DNA of 62,106 nucleotides, filler included. It is 6 parts of 6 records of this genome, joined end to end, with 100 filler letters (N's around TTAATTAATTAA, not from the genome) between each part and the next. Parts side by side here need not be neighbours in the genome. Positions count along the whole stretch, not along the records: positions 51,351 to 56,591 come from SRR20825019_79; positions 56,692 to 62,106 come from SRR20825019_84; 4 more parts are not named here. One strand, written 5' to 3'. Shown piece by piece: positions 51,251 to 61,445 of this stretch (positions are counted from its first letter, which is position 1; the number at the start of each line of letters is the position of its first letter). The translations under genes were made by a program, and so were the position numbers. The notes below the pieces were generated by a model, which was not told the DNA's origin, did no database searches, and saw nothing but the letters and a program-made list of their open reading frames with translations.

Positions 51251-51350
51251 NNNNNNNNNNNNNNNNNNNNNNNNNNNNNNNNNNNNNNNNNNNNTTAATT
51301 AATTAANNNNNNNNNNNNNNNNNNNNNNNNNNNNNNNNNNNNNNNNNNNN
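51251..51350. other. Artificial contig spacer
   Basis: N44-TTAATTAATTAA-N44. Confidence 0.98.
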
Positions 51351-51483
51351 GCTGAAAAGGTGTTCGTGTCGGGCTCTCGGGCTCCATCACAAGCCGGCCG
51401 CGCGAGGCCGCCGGGTCTGTCGCGTATGCGGCGCGCGGACGATAGCCGAAACCGATATTTTTCAAACCCTGTTCCGTTCCCAT
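51351..51483 (-). CDS. dgt: dGTP triphosphohydrolase, N-terminal fragment
   Basis: [24 protein letters not shown], which precedes RDRDR in Dgt; divergent from erpA as in Rhizobiales. Confidence 0.85.
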
Positions 51484-51630
51484 GCTCCGCAACATCCTTT
51501 CGGGCAGCCCGCCCCGGCCTGCCTTTGTCCTCGCCTGAAATCCGACCGCGTCGCTCAGGTTGACTTGCCGCCTTCGGCTTCATACCTATTCAATGAATAC
51601 GAACGCAAGGTGACCGTCAGGACAACCATC

Positions 51631-51981
51631 ATGGGCATGGACGCGGGAACGGAAATGAAGAGCGTTGAACTAACGGAAGCTGCGGCAAAGCGCATCGCTA
51701 CGATTCTGAAGGACGAGCCGGGCAAGATTGCTCTGCGCGTCTCGGTGGAAGGTGGCGGCTGCTCTGGCTTTTCCTATGCTTTTGATCTCACGGACCAGCG
51801 CCATGAAGACGATCACGCCATCGAGCGGGATGGAGCAACCGTCCTCATTGACGATCTGTCGCTCGTTTATATGGGTGGATCGGTGATCGACTTTGTCGAT
51901 GACTTGATCGGTCAGTCCTTCCAGATCAGGAATCCCAACGCCGTTGCATCCTGTGGGTGCGGAACCAGCTTCTCGATCTGA
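51631..51981 (+). CDS. erpA: Fe-S cluster insertion protein (HesB/IscA family)
   Basis: GGGCSGFSY and NPNAVASCGCGTSF motifs. Confidence 0.9.
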   Translation: MGMDAGTEMKSVELTEAAAKRIATILKDEPGKIALRVSVEGGGCSGFSYAFDLTDQRHEDDHAIERDGATVLIDDLSLVYMGGSVIDFVDDLIGQSFQIRNPNAVASCGCGTSFSI

Positions 51982-52013
51982 GTTTTCTTCCCAAACCACC
52001 GTTTTTCCGGGAT

Positions 52014-52042
52014 AGCGCCGCGTATTTTTCCGCGGCGCTTTT
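52014..52042. terminator. Intrinsic terminator
   Basis: AGCGCCGCG-N8-CGCGGCGCT followed by TTT. Confidence 0.75.
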
Positions 52043-52064
52043 CGTCTAACGGGTCAGTTGCGGT

Positions 52065-53444
52065 TCAGCTATTCCGTTCCGCACCGGCGTGCTGTGGCAG
52101 GATAAGGTTCAAGACAATTGCCAGGAAGGCAGCCGGCAAGAGGCCGGAGGTCATGAGTATCTGCGCGGTCTTCGGAAGATGCTGCAACGCCCCCGGTTCG
52201 AGCTGCAACCCCAGCCCCACAGAGAGTGAAACGGCAAAGATCACCATGTTTCGACGATTCCAGTGTACGTCCGACAGCATATTGATACCGGCCGCCGCGA
52301 CCATGCCGAACATCACGATGACGCCTCCGCCGAGCACCATGATCGGCACTGTCGAAATCACCGCTCCAACCTTCGGCATGAGCCCGCACAGGATCAGGAA
52401 AATCGCACCATAGGTCACCACATGCCGGCTCATCACACCCGTCATGGAGATAAGACCGACATTCTGGCTGAACGAGGTGTTTGGCAGACCACCAAATACA
52501 CCGGCTATGGCCGTACCGAGCCCATCCGCGTAGGTAGCGCCGGAGATTTCTTTCTCCGTCGCCTCGCGGCCGGCTCCCCCCTTGGTGATCCCTGACACAT
52601 CGCCGACCGTCTCTATGGCTGAGATGACGGCCATGAAACACATGCCGATAATGGCCGGCAGAGCCAGCTCGAAGCCCCATTTGAAGGGGACGGGAATCGC
52701 CACCCAGGATGCGTTGCCCACATTGGAGAAGCTCACCATGCCCATGGCCAGGGCCACAATATAGCCCGCGACCAGACCGAGGAGCACAGCGGCAATCGAC
52801 CACATGCCACGCGTGAAGAACTTCAGGAGCAATGTGACCACGACCACAACCAGCGCAACGCTCCAGTTCTGCAGACTGCCATATTCAGGCTTTCCGATCA
52901 GAGGTACACCGCCAGCAGAATATTGAATCCCTACTTTAATGAGCGACAGACCGATCATCAGAACGATCAGCCCCGTCACCATCGGCGGCAGCGCAAACCG
53001 AAGGCGCCCCACGAAACTGCCGAGGAAGAAATGAAAGATACCGCCCACGACGACCCCTCCCATCAGAGCCCCCATGGCAGCCACGCCCTGCCCCGCGACA
53101 ATGGGGATCATCACCGGCAGGAACGCGAAGCTTGTGCCCTGAACGATAGGCAGGCGTCCGCCCACCGGCCCCATACCAATGGTCTGGAACAGTGTCGCGA
53201 TCCCGGCAAAGAGCATCGACATCTGAATCATGTAGATGAGATTGGGAAAATCCGGTGAGTTCGACCCGAAACCGAAACCGGCTGCACCTGCCACGATGAT
53301 GGCCGGCGTCACGTTGGAGACGAACATTGCCAGCACGTGTTGAATCCCAAGTGGCACCGCCTGAATAAGCGGAGGTGTATACTCGGGATTGCTCAAGTCC
53401 GCGCGCGACACTGCATCGCCGTCGCTCATCGTCGTTTGTGTCAT
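52065..53444 (-). CDS. NCS2 xanthine/uracil permease
   Basis: GIQHVLAMF and NAT signature TSFSQNVGLISMTG. Confidence 0.93.
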   Translation of the reverse strand: MTQTTMSDGDAVSRADLSNPEYTPPLIQAVPLGIQHVLAMFVSNVTPAIIVAGAAGFGFGSNSPDFPNLIYMIQMSMLFAGIATLFQTIGMGPVGGRLPIVQGTSFAFLPVMIPIVAGQGVAAMGALMGGVVVGGIFHFFLGSFVGRLRFALPPMVTGLIVLMIGLSLIKVGIQYSAGGVPLIGKPEYGSLQNWSVALVVVVVTLLLKFFTRGMWSIAAVLLGLVAGYIVALAMGMVSFSNVGNASWVAIPVPFKWGFELALPAIIGMCFMAVISAIETVGDVSGITKGGAGREATEKEISGATYADGLGTAIAGVFGGLPNTSFSQNVGLISMTGVMSRHVVTYGAIFLILCGLMPKVGAVISTVPIMVLGGGVIVMFGMVAAAGINMLSDVHWNRRNMVIFAVSLSVGLGLQLEPGALQHLPKTAQILMTSGLLPAAFLAIVLNLILPQHAGAERNS

Positions 53445-53698
53445 GTCGTTCCCCGGTTGCTTCAGATCTTCTGAAATCTTTTTGGCGAAGCATCGGGCAC
53501 AAACGCGCGCGCATCTATCTATATTTTTTTGAAAGACAGCCAGATTTCAAGCACAAATTGCAACACGAAGCCAGACATCTACCGAAGGGAATTCTTCAAC
53601 ATTTTCTGCTTGGATCGCGCCTGTTTCGGCTTGAGGCAACAAGCCGGAGCTCGATGTTCCTCAGCCGCCCACACTGATCGAAAGACGCCAGACCCCTG

Positions 53699-54754
53699 AT
53701 GCCCTCTCTTCAAGCTCTCAAAAGGTCTGCCCGATACGAGCTGATCCGCGCCGGCTTGGAGGGTACGGCCCTGGCTCTGCACCTGGGGTTGCCTCTGGCC
53801 AACCCAAAACGTGGTGTCATATTTGCCCTCCACCATGTGGATTCTGAAAGCCCCGCTAGCTGGGTGCCAAATGCCTGGTTGAGCATAACGCCCGCCTTCC
53901 TTGAAGAGGCCATCCAGGTCTGCCGGGAAGAGGGCCTGATACCCATTGCACTCGAAGATTTGCCTGAGCGGCTTGCCGACCCCCGGGACACACGCCGGTA
54001 TGTCTGCTTCACACTGGATGACGGCTATCGGGACAATGCACGCTTCGCCGCGCCTGTTTTCCGGAGGCAGGCTGTCCCTTACACGGTCTTCATCACATCC
54101 GGCTTCGTCGAGCGAAGTAGGTCTATCTGGTGGAAGACCGCTCAGGAACTCGTCATGAACACGAACGATGTCGATCTTTCAGCGTTCGGAATTGATGCGC
54201 GCGTGCGCATTGAACACCGTGCCGAACGGGTCGCGCTTTTCGATCGTTTGGCAAACGCCATAAGTGAAGCGCAAGACGAAGACGCTGCGATTGACCGGCT
54301 CGACGCTCTGGCATTCGCTCATGGCATAGACCCGCTGGCAATCACCGAGCGTTTGACGATGGACGCCAGCGAACTTGCCGGGCTCGCCGCAGATTCGCTT
54401 GCCCGCTTCGGCGCGCACACACTCACGCACGCCAATCTGACCAAGGTGGATGCCAGGCGCCTGAAAACGGAAATGGATGATTCAGCGTCGAAGGTTTGCG
54501 ACTATGTGGGCACGCGACCGACAACCTTTGCTTACCCCTACGGCTATCCGTCCGCTGTCGGTCCACGCGAGATCGCAGCCGCACGGCAAGCAGGTTTTGC
54601 CGCCGCAGTCACCACGAGGCCGGGCCTCCTGTCCCGGACATCCGCCAGCGCTATGACAGCGCTGCCGCGCGTGTCACTCAACGGCTTCTATCAGCGCAAA
54701 CGTTATGTGCGCGCGCTCCTGTCAGGTCTGCCGTTTCGCTTCCGGAAAGGCTGA
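53699..54754 (+). CDS. Polysaccharide deacetylase (NodB/CE4)
   Basis: TLDDGYRDN, GAHTLTH, FAYPYG and LPRV motifs. Confidence 0.9.
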   Translation: MPSLQALKRSARYELIRAGLEGTALALHLGLPLANPKRGVIFALHHVDSESPASWVPNAWLSITPAFLEEAIQVCREEGLIPIALEDLPERLADPRDTRRYVCFTLDDGYRDNARFAAPVFRRQAVPYTVFITSGFVERSRSIWWKTAQELVMNTNDVDLSAFGIDARVRIEHRAERVALFDRLANAISEAQDEDAAIDRLDALAFAHGIDPLAITERLTMDASELAGLAADSLARFGAHTLTHANLTKVDARRLKTEMDDSASKVCDYVGTRPTTFAYPYGYPSAVGPREIAAARQAGFAAAVTTRPGLLSRTSASAMTALPRVSLNGFYQRKRYVRALLSGLPFRFRKG

Positions 54755-54860
54755 AGCCTGATTGGAGCGTCGCTCGGCACAGTCTGTCAGTATCCTGCAC
54801 AAGGCGGTTGCGGCGCATTCCCGACCCACCTAAGAAAGAGTTGAGTTGTGGAAGGGCCCC

Positions 54861-55652
54861 ATGAAGATCGCTACCTGGAACATCAACGGCGTCAAGGCGC
54901 GCATCGACAATCTTCTGCACTGGCTTGAAGAGTCCAGTCCGGACATCGCCTGTCTTCAGGAAATCAAATCCGTCGACGAGCTCTTTCCACGCGAAGCGAT
55001 CGAAGCGCTCGGATACCATGTGGAGACCCATGGCCAGAAAGGGTTCAACGGCGTCGCGCTCCTTTCCAAACTCCGTTTCGACGAGGTCAATCGCGGTCTG
55101 CCGGGTGACGACAGTGACGAGCAGGCCCGCTTTATCGAGGGCGTGTTTTCCACCGATAAAGGAGTTCTCAGGGTCGTTTCGCTGTACCTGCCGAATGGCA
55201 ACCCCGTCGACAGCGAGAAGTTTCCCTACAAACTCGGCTGGATGGAGCGTCTTGAAAAGTGGAGTGCCGAGCGCCTCAAGCTGGAAGAACCCCTCGTTCT
55301 GGCTGGTGATTACAACGTCATCCCCGAACCAGAAGATGCAAAGAACCCCGAGGCATGGGTGGGCGACGCCCTTTTTCGTCCCGAGAGCCGGCAGGCCTTC
55401 CGGCGGCTGGGCGCTCTGGGTTTCACCGACGCATTGCGCGCAGTCAATCAGGATGATGGCGTCTACACGTTCTGGGACTATCAGGCAGGAGCCTGGCAGA
55501 AGAACAATGGCATCCGCATCGATCATCTGATGCTTTCACCCGAAGCCGCCGATTACATAGGTGCCGTCACGGTTGAAAAGCACACGCGCGGCTGGGAAAA
55601 GCCATCCGACCACGTCCCTGTCGTTCTTGATCTGAAATTGCGCCCAGCCTGA
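54861..55652 (+). CDS. xth: Exodeoxyribonuclease III
   Basis: MKIATWNING, LQEIK, GDYN, RIDH and SDHVP motifs. Confidence 0.95.
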   Translation: MKIATWNINGVKARIDNLLHWLEESSPDIACLQEIKSVDELFPREAIEALGYHVETHGQKGFNGVALLSKLRFDEVNRGLPGDDSDEQARFIEGVFSTDKGVLRVVSLYLPNGNPVDSEKFPYKLGWMERLEKWSAERLKLEEPLVLAGDYNVIPEPEDAKNPEAWVGDALFRPESRQAFRRLGALGFTDALRAVNQDDGVYTFWDYQAGAWQKNNGIRIDHLMLSPEAADYIGAVTVEKHTRGWEKPSDHVPVVLDLKLRPA

Positions 55653-55719
55653 ACGCCCCGGGCCGAATTAACCCGGGTCAATGGCCACGTGCCGCGCCCG
55701 GTGTTAACATGATCCTGTT

Positions 55720-56013
55720 ATGCCCACGTTGCGGTACCTAGGGATCGCCGCTCTGGCGGTCACGCTTTCCCTGCCAGTCGCAGGCTCCTCTGCGGCCGAT
55801 TGCCAGTGCCGCGCCAATGGAGCGGCTTTTCGTCAGGGAGAAACAGCCTGCCTCACACTGCCGGACGGACCGCGCCTGGCTCGGTGCGAGATGGTTCTCA
55901 ACAATTCATCCTGGAAAATTCTCGATCAGGCCTGCTTCCAGACGTCGAAGCTTCTGGAAAACGCCGTCCCAATGACAGTAGCGCGTTATCGCGCACAGTC
56001 TGGCGGGCACTAG
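55720..56013 (+). CDS. Small secreted Cys-rich protein
   Basis: Signal peptide followed by CQCRANG..G..ACL..ARCEMVLNNSSW..C. Confidence 0.75.
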   Translation: MPTLRYLGIAALAVTLSLPVAGSSAADCQCRANGAAFRQGETACLTLPDGPRLARCEMVLNNSSWKILDQACFQTSKLLENAVPMTVARYRAQSGGH

Positions 56014-56032
56014 GCGCCCGCCGTGTTGCCGA

Positions 56033-56591
56033 TCAATCGAAGCCGTTTTCGCGCAGATCATGCGCCAGCGCGATTGCAGTGCGCCGGTCTGATTCTCCAG
56101 CCAGAGCAAAAGCCTGTTCCTGCATGGCCCTGATCCAGCCAACATCGTTCGGCGCGGCACGGTCCAGCGCCGCTGTCATCATCGCCAGACCTTTTACCAC
56201 GCGGCCACTTTCGAACAGGATATGCCCGAGCATGGCCTGTGCGCCCGAGTGCCCCTTCTCGGCAGCGAGCTGGAACCAGCGTGCAGCCTGCTGCACGCTC
56301 TGGGCCACGCCCTCACCGTCCAGAAACATTCGGCCAACCTGGTACTGAGCCTCCGGATTCCGGTAGGTCGCAGCCGCCCGCATGAAATGCTCCTGCGCGG
56401 CAAGAGGATTGGCGCGGATCGGGCTATCGGGAATGCCCGTTTTCAGATATTTGCCCAACGCCACAAGCGCGTCCGAAACATAGGTCTCGTCCGGACTGCC
56501 CGGTCGCACATCCTGTTGAGCCACCGCAGAAAAAAACTTGAACGCTTCCCGATCGTTGCGGGCGACACCGTCACCTTCGGCATACATGCGG
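56033..56591 (-). CDS. exoR: Sel1-repeat exopolysaccharide regulator ExoR, C-terminal part
   Basis: Sel1 repeats (MYAEGDGV, AQYQVGRMFLDGEGV, AAEKGH); next to xth as in Rhizobiales. Confidence 0.8.
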
Positions 56592-56691
56592 NNNNNNNNN
56601 NNNNNNNNNNNNNNNNNNNNNNNNNNNNNNNNNNNTTAATTAATTAANNNNNNNNNNNNNNNNNNNNNNNNNNNNNNNNNNNNNNNNNNNN
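56592..56691. other. Artificial contig spacer
   Basis: N44-TTAATTAATTAA-N44. Confidence 0.98.
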
Positions 56692-57198
56692 GGCGAGTTC
56701 TATTTCATCGAAATGAACACTCGACTTCAAGTGGAACACCCGGTTACCGAAGCCATCACCGGTATCGACCTCGTGCATGAGCAGATCCGGGTTGCAGCAG
56801 GCGCCGGTCTTTCCGTCACGCAAGACCAGATATTCTTCTCCGGTCATGCAATCGAATGCCGCATCAATGCGGAGAATGCCGCCACTTTCCGGCCTTCGCC
56901 GGGCACAATCAGCCACTTTCATGCGCCAGGCGGTCTCGGTGTGCGGATCGATTCCGGTGTCTATCAGGGCTATAAAATCCCGCCCTATTATGACAGTCTG
57001 ATCGGCAAGCTCATTGTGCATGGGCGTACGCGAGTCGAGTGCATGATGCGGTTGAAGCGTGCTCTGGATGAGTTTGTGGTGGATGGTATTGACACGACTC
57101 TGCCTCTTTTTCAGGATCTGATTGCAAATCAGGATATTGCCAACGGCGATTACGACATTCACTGGCTTGAGAATTATCTTGAAAACAAGGCGAAATAG
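56692..57198 (+). CDS. accC: Acetyl-CoA carboxylase biotin carboxylase, C-terminal part
   Basis: FYFIEMNTRLQVEHPVTE and PPYYDSLIGKL motifs. Confidence 0.95.
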   Translation, partial: GEFYFIEMNTRLQVEHPVTEAITGIDLVHEQIRVAAGAGLSVTQDQIFFSGHAIECRINAENAATFRPSPGTISHFHAPGGLGVRIDSGVYQGYKIPPYYDSLIGKLIVHGRTRVECMMRLKRALDEFVVDGIDTTLPLFQDLIANQDIANGDYDIHWLENYLENKAK

Positions 57199-57208
57199 CT
57201 GAGAGGCC

Positions 57209-57826
57209 ATGGAAGACAAGGCGGCAAAAGGCAGCGGAATCACGCCGGAACTCCTTTTGAATGCTTACAGCATTGGCCTCTTCCCTATGTCCGAATCGGC
57301 TGACGACACGGAACTCTTCTGGGTCGAGCCTGAGATACGCGGCATCATCCCGCTTGATGGGCTGCACATATCGGGCAGCCTGCGCAAATTCATGCGCAGG
57401 CACCCTTACGAAATTCGCTTTAACCATGATTTTGACGGCGTTATAGCTGCCTGTGCCGAGCCTGCACCGGATCGCCCACAAACATGGATCAACGCGGAAA
57501 TCCGCGCACTTTACAATGCCCTCAACCGCATGGGGCACGCCCACAGCGTTGAAGCCTATGAAGATGGTGAACTGGTCGGCGGGCTTTACGGCGTGTCACT
57601 CAAAGCAGCCTTCTTCGGCGAGAGCATGTTTTCGCGTCGCAACAACGCGTCGAAGGTCTGCCTCGTAAAACTGGTGGAGCGCCTGTCAGCGAATAACTTT
57701 CTGTTGCTCGATACACAATTCACAACCGAGCACCTGAAATCGATGGGGGCGATCGATATTCCCAAGGAAGAATATATGACGCTGTTGAACGCAGCCCTTG
57801 TCTGGCCCGACCAGCCTTTTCCCTGA
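57209..57826 (+). CDS. aat: Leucyl/phenylalanyl-tRNA-protein transferase
   Basis: [21 protein letters not shown] and FFGESMFS motifs. Confidence 0.95.
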   Translation: MEDKAAKGSGITPELLLNAYSIGLFPMSESADDTELFWVEPEIRGIIPLDGLHISGSLRKFMRRHPYEIRFNHDFDGVIAACAEPAPDRPQTWINAEIRALYNALNRMGHAHSVEAYEDGELVGGLYGVSLKAAFFGESMFSRRNNASKVCLVKLVERLSANNFLLLDTQFTTEHLKSMGAIDIPKEEYMTLLNAALVWPDQPFP

Positions 57827-57832
57827 TGGGTC

Positions 57833-59245
57833 TCAGGAATTGTTGAACTCACCGAGCCAAGGCTCTGCAGGGTCAGGCGCATTGTAGACCAGCCCTTCCC
57901 TCATCAGCCAATCTGACAGATTCTCAAAAAAGTCATCCGAAGAATACTGAGCCGGTCGATAGCGCGTGTTCCATGTACCGGGCGCAAATTCGCCATCGGC
58001 ATTGCGGCGGCCGCCACTCCAGTCATCCCACGGAGCACTTGCGTTAATATGCTCGCCGATTCGCGAGTTCATGATCACGCATTTTCCAACAGCCTCCAGA
58101 ACATCGAGCGAAATCGTTCCCTTCGGCGGATGGTCAAACGCCGACGTCTCGGCAAGATGTGTTTCATAGCCTTCAATATTTGGCGTCCCATAAGGCGTTG
58201 CCCGCACAGACTGGAACCACTGCCGCCCGAGCGAAAATGTTCCGTTCAGCGCCGCCGGGCTGCCGTCATGGGTGAAATCGCAATCGTTGAACACGATTCC
58301 GTAACGGGTCAACATGTTGGTTGATGGTGCAACGACGTATGTGTGTGAAACGCGCGATCCCAGTGACCGGATTTCACAATGATCAAAGAAGGCCGTGGAG
58401 CGCCCGAATATGAAATCGATATCGCCTTCGATATAGCAATTTTTGTAGAACGAGCGCACGGTTTCGCCGGGAACGCGGCCTTTGAAATAGAGCGTGTCCT
58501 GAAAGCTCTTGAAACGCACATTTTCGAAATGCACCCGGTCTGCATTATGAACCAGTACAGCCACAGCCTGATGCCAGCCTATGGCAAACTGTCCAGCCTC
58601 ATTCCTGGGACCGCCTTTGCCGTTATCACATTTGGAATTCTCGTCGGCGCGGTCGCAGTTATAGCTGTTGTGAATAGTCAGGTTCTTCGCTTGAAACCCA
58701 TCATTCTCGACACGCAGGACGCAGGCATTCTCGGTTGAAAGCCTTGGCAGACGCGCATTGGAGCAAAAGAGTTCACTGATCTCGGGTACAAGCCCATCCA
58801 TCGACGTTGCAAAGGCGTCATAATAGTCAGCCCCCGTCATGCCCTGATCAATCGCCATGCGGATCGTCGTTTTTTTCGCATCCTGATCTGTGCCATAAAG
58901 CGTGACTGGAACGAATACCCCATTAATGACAAGCTTCGGCACGTAAACCAGTTCGTCATAGGTGCCCGGTTCAATAGCAATATAGATCCGCTCACTGGAC
59001 TGCCGCGCTCTGGCACAAAGAATCGCTTGGCTGACAGCCGCCTGAATGGATGAAAAACCTTCACTACCCTTTTCGTTCACAACATACTGCGGTGTGATGG
59101 TCGGTTTACCGCGCATGAATGCATCGGCCTGCGGATCCCACGGGTCGACACGCTCCGCTCCCGCCCTGCCCGTATATTTCATGACTTCCAGATAATGAAA
59201 GCGGGCCGCCTGTTCGCGACTCAACTGCGGGCGCGTGACCGACAT
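57833..59245 (-). CDS. Pectinesterase-like (CE8/YbhC) beta-helix protein
   Basis: SIQAAV, GTYDE, QAVA, QDTL, DFIFG and LGRQW motifs. Confidence 0.85.
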   Translation of the reverse strand: MSVTRPQLSREQAARFHYLEVMKYTGRAGAERVDPWDPQADAFMRGKPTITPQYVVNEKGSEGFSSIQAAVSQAILCARARQSSERIYIAIEPGTYDELVYVPKLVINGVFVPVTLYGTDQDAKKTTIRMAIDQGMTGADYYDAFATSMDGLVPEISELFCSNARLPRLSTENACVLRVENDGFQAKNLTIHNSYNCDRADENSKCDNGKGGPRNEAGQFAIGWHQAVAVLVHNADRVHFENVRFKSFQDTLYFKGRVPGETVRSFYKNCYIEGDIDFIFGRSTAFFDHCEIRSLGSRVSHTYVVAPSTNMLTRYGIVFNDCDFTHDGSPAALNGTFSLGRQWFQSVRATPYGTPNIEGYETHLAETSAFDHPPKGTISLDVLEAVGKCVIMNSRIGEHINASAPWDDWSGGRRNADGEFAPGTWNTRYRPAQYSSDDFFENLSDWLMREGLVYNAPDPAEPWLGEFNNS

Positions 59246-59431
59246 GAAAACAACTCCTCAACACACAACCGGCATTTGCTGTGACGGCAAATGTCGAAAT
59301 GCAGACTAGCATATTTGCGTTTGAAGAAAATCCTCACTGCCAACAATTCCCCAAAATCGAATCGCCTTTTCGACGGGAAGCACGTGCCCCAATGGAGGGC
59401 AGAATGGATTTTTTTAAGAATTGTAAGACGA

Positions 59432-59878
59432 CTATCCGCCGGTATCCACGCGTTGCGGAGGCGGCACATCTGTCTGCTGCACACAATCAGTCAACCAGAC
59501 ATCGTAAATCGGGTCCTGCACGGCATTGAGCGCTGGCGAGTCGGCAAACATCCATCCTGAAAAGATGCGCCCTATTTCGTTTTGAAGTGAAACCTTGTCG
59601 ACCTGCACAAAAGCATCGATCTGCTGCTCTTCCGTGTCATCGCGCGAATAGCAGACACGGGGGGTCACTTGCAACCGACCGAACTGAACAGTCTCACCGA
59701 CATAGGCGCTAAACGTGTAGGTACGCGCGGTAATCTTGTCGATACCGCCAAATACAGCCACCGGATTCTCAATCCGTGCCGCCGTGGCAGGTACACTGTG
59801 CAGCCCCCCGGCAAAAGCGGCGAAAGCCAGCAACGCTGTAATATTCCGACCGAGATTTAGTCCAGGCATAGCCATCAT
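59432..59878 (-). CDS. DUF2155 secreted protein
   Basis: GIDKITAR, IFSGWMFADSPAL and YDVWL motifs. Confidence 0.88.
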   Translation of the reverse strand: MMAMPGLNLGRNITALLAFAAFAGGLHSVPATAARIENPVAVFGGIDKITARTYTFSAYVGETVQFGRLQVTPRVCYSRDDTEEQQIDAFVQVDKVSLQNEIGRIFSGWMFADSPALNAVQDPIYDVWLTDCVQQTDVPPPQRVDTGG

Positions 59879-59970
59879 TTCCCTCAATGCGAAAAGCGCG
59901 ACCAGTGGCCGCGCCTTGAAACAGTTCCGAGCCGCAATCTGGCTAATGGCAAAATGCGGCAAAACCCGGG

Positions 59971-60369
59971 TCAGTTTCCCGGCGTCCAGGCGTCGTAATC
60001 ACCGGTCACCTTCGGGCGCTCGCCTTTTACAGCAAGAGACCCCGGCGGACGGTAGGATTGCTCTGTACCGGTACGATTGGGATGGTGCGGCTTTTCCCAT
60101 TCGTGCGCCTTGTAGGCCTGCTGTGGCGGTGGCGTGTCGGTACGATGGTGCATCCAGCCATGCCAGCCCGGTGGAATGGAAGAGGCTTCGGCGTAGCCAT
60201 TATAAATCACCCAGCGGCGCGTCAGACCATAGGTCGACTTTCCGCCTTCATAATAGACATTACCAAATTCGTCTTCGCCAACTTTCTTGCCGAAACGGCG
60301 GGTGAATACATCGGTCCCGATTGTGGAGCCGTTCCACCAGGTGAACATTTTCGTCAGAAAATTTGCCAT
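59971..60369 (-). CDS. NADH:ubiquinone oxidoreductase subunit NDUFA12 family
   Basis: VGEDEFGNVYY, RRWVIY, IPPGWHGWMH and YDAWTP motifs. Confidence 0.93.
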   Translation of the reverse strand: MANFLTKMFTWWNGSTIGTDVFTRRFGKKVGEDEFGNVYYEGGKSTYGLTRRWVIYNGYAEASSIPPGWHGWMHHRTDTPPPQQAYKAHEWEKPHHPNRTGTEQSYRPPGSLAVKGERPKVTGDYDAWTPGN

Positions 60370-60476
60370 CTTCCATCCTTCGTCACGACAGGCAAAGCGG
60401 GCATATGCCTAAATTTCTTACCCTTGTGTATGGCGCTTCAGCTCTGTCTTGTCCAGAGCTTCCATCGCTCAACGGG

Positions 60477-60947
60477 CTACTTCAATTTCATTTTGAACCC
60501 AAGATGGGACTGCCGGAAACCCATCCGCTCATAAAAGCGATGTGCGTCTTCCCGACCGGCATTGCTCATCAACTGAACGAGGCGGCAATCACGTTTCTTT
60601 GCCTCTTCAATGGCAGCTCGTACCATGGTGGCGCCAACGCCCTTCCCGCGATAATCAGGATGGGTCTGCACAGCTTCGAGAATCAGATTGGCCCCGCCAC
60701 GCCCCGGCAGCGCCCGCGAATAGGTAGTCTGGAACGTACCGACAACAATGCCATTTGTCTCGGCGACATAAAGCGTCTCGTTGGCCGACGCAGCAATCGC
60801 TTCAAAGGCTTCACGATAGTCGCTGAAAGCATCCGGTGCAGTCGTATCCCCGTGCCCGCCTTTGTCGTCTGCAGCAAAAATCGCAATCAGCGCAGCAAGG
60901 TCACCTATACGTGCCTCGCGGATCACAACATTCCCCTTATCAGACAA
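60477..60947 (-). CDS. GNAT acetyltransferase
   Basis: YRGKGVG and AHRFYERMGF motifs. Confidence 0.9.
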   Translation of the reverse strand: MSDKGNVVIREARIGDLAALIAIFAADDKGGHGDTTAPDAFSDYREAFEAIAASANETLYVAETNGIVVGTFQTTYSRALPGRGGANLILEAVQTHPDYRGKGVGATMVRAAIEEAKKRDCRLVQLMSNAGREDAHRFYERMGFRQSHLGFKMKLK

Positions 60948-61443
60948 CGGGAATATCCTTTTCCATTACGATCGCCGGAATACCGGCACCACAGCCGCCG
61001 CAGTCTTCCGTACGTCCGGCCTCAATCAAACCATGTGCCTTATAGAAGGCAATTGCGATCTTGTTTTCCGGTTCCACTTCAAGGCTCAAGCGCGTTGCGT
61101 TCGGGAAACAGGTTTCAATTTCGGAGAACAGAAGCCGCCCGATCCCCTGACGCTGGAACGCGGGATGAACATAAAGCTGGCTGAGATTAACGACACCGAC
61201 CCGGTCATGGTCAGGCACCGCATAAGCCATACCGCCAATGCGCGTACCACTATCGGCGACCAGAAACTCTGCGTCCTTGCGATTCACGCGCAGTTTCAGG
61301 GAATTGGCCGAATGCCAACTGGCGATAATCTCATTGACCTTTTCAGAGCCCAGAATATCATCATAGGTGGAATGCCACGTTACTTCGAGCAGATCACGTA
61401 ACGCAGCCAGATCGCTTTCCATAGCGGTTCGGACAAAAAACAA
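60940..61443 (-). CDS. GNAT acetyltransferase
   Basis: LYVHPAFQRQGIG and N..AIAFYKAHG motifs. Confidence 0.9.
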   Translation of the reverse strand: MFFVRTAMESDLAALRDLLEVTWHSTYDDILGSEKVNEIIASWHSANSLKLRVNRKDAEFLVADSGTRIGGMAYAVPDHDRVGVVNLSQLYVHPAFQRQGIGRLLFSEIETCFPNATRLSLEVEPENKIAIAFYKAHGLIEAGRTEDCGGCGAGIPAIVMEKDIPVV

Positions 61444-61445
61444 CC

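Noticed and set aside
45652-51350. Bacterium-eukaryote horizontal transfer, or the sirtuin as a SIR2 defence effector of the neighbouring element
   Set aside because: The segments are separated by artificial spacers, and the sirtuin is a eukaryotic class IV enzyme, not a ThsA/DSR-type SIR2
54678-55530. Long antisense and alternative-frame ORFs over xth, and similar ones over the NCS2 permease, GNATs, kmo and lpxK
   Set aside because: These are shadow ORFs of well-conserved genes with no independent motifs
55660-55712. Possible CtrA box upstream of the small Cys-rich gene
   Set aside because: TTAA half-sites are present but not in TTAA-N7-TTAA spacing
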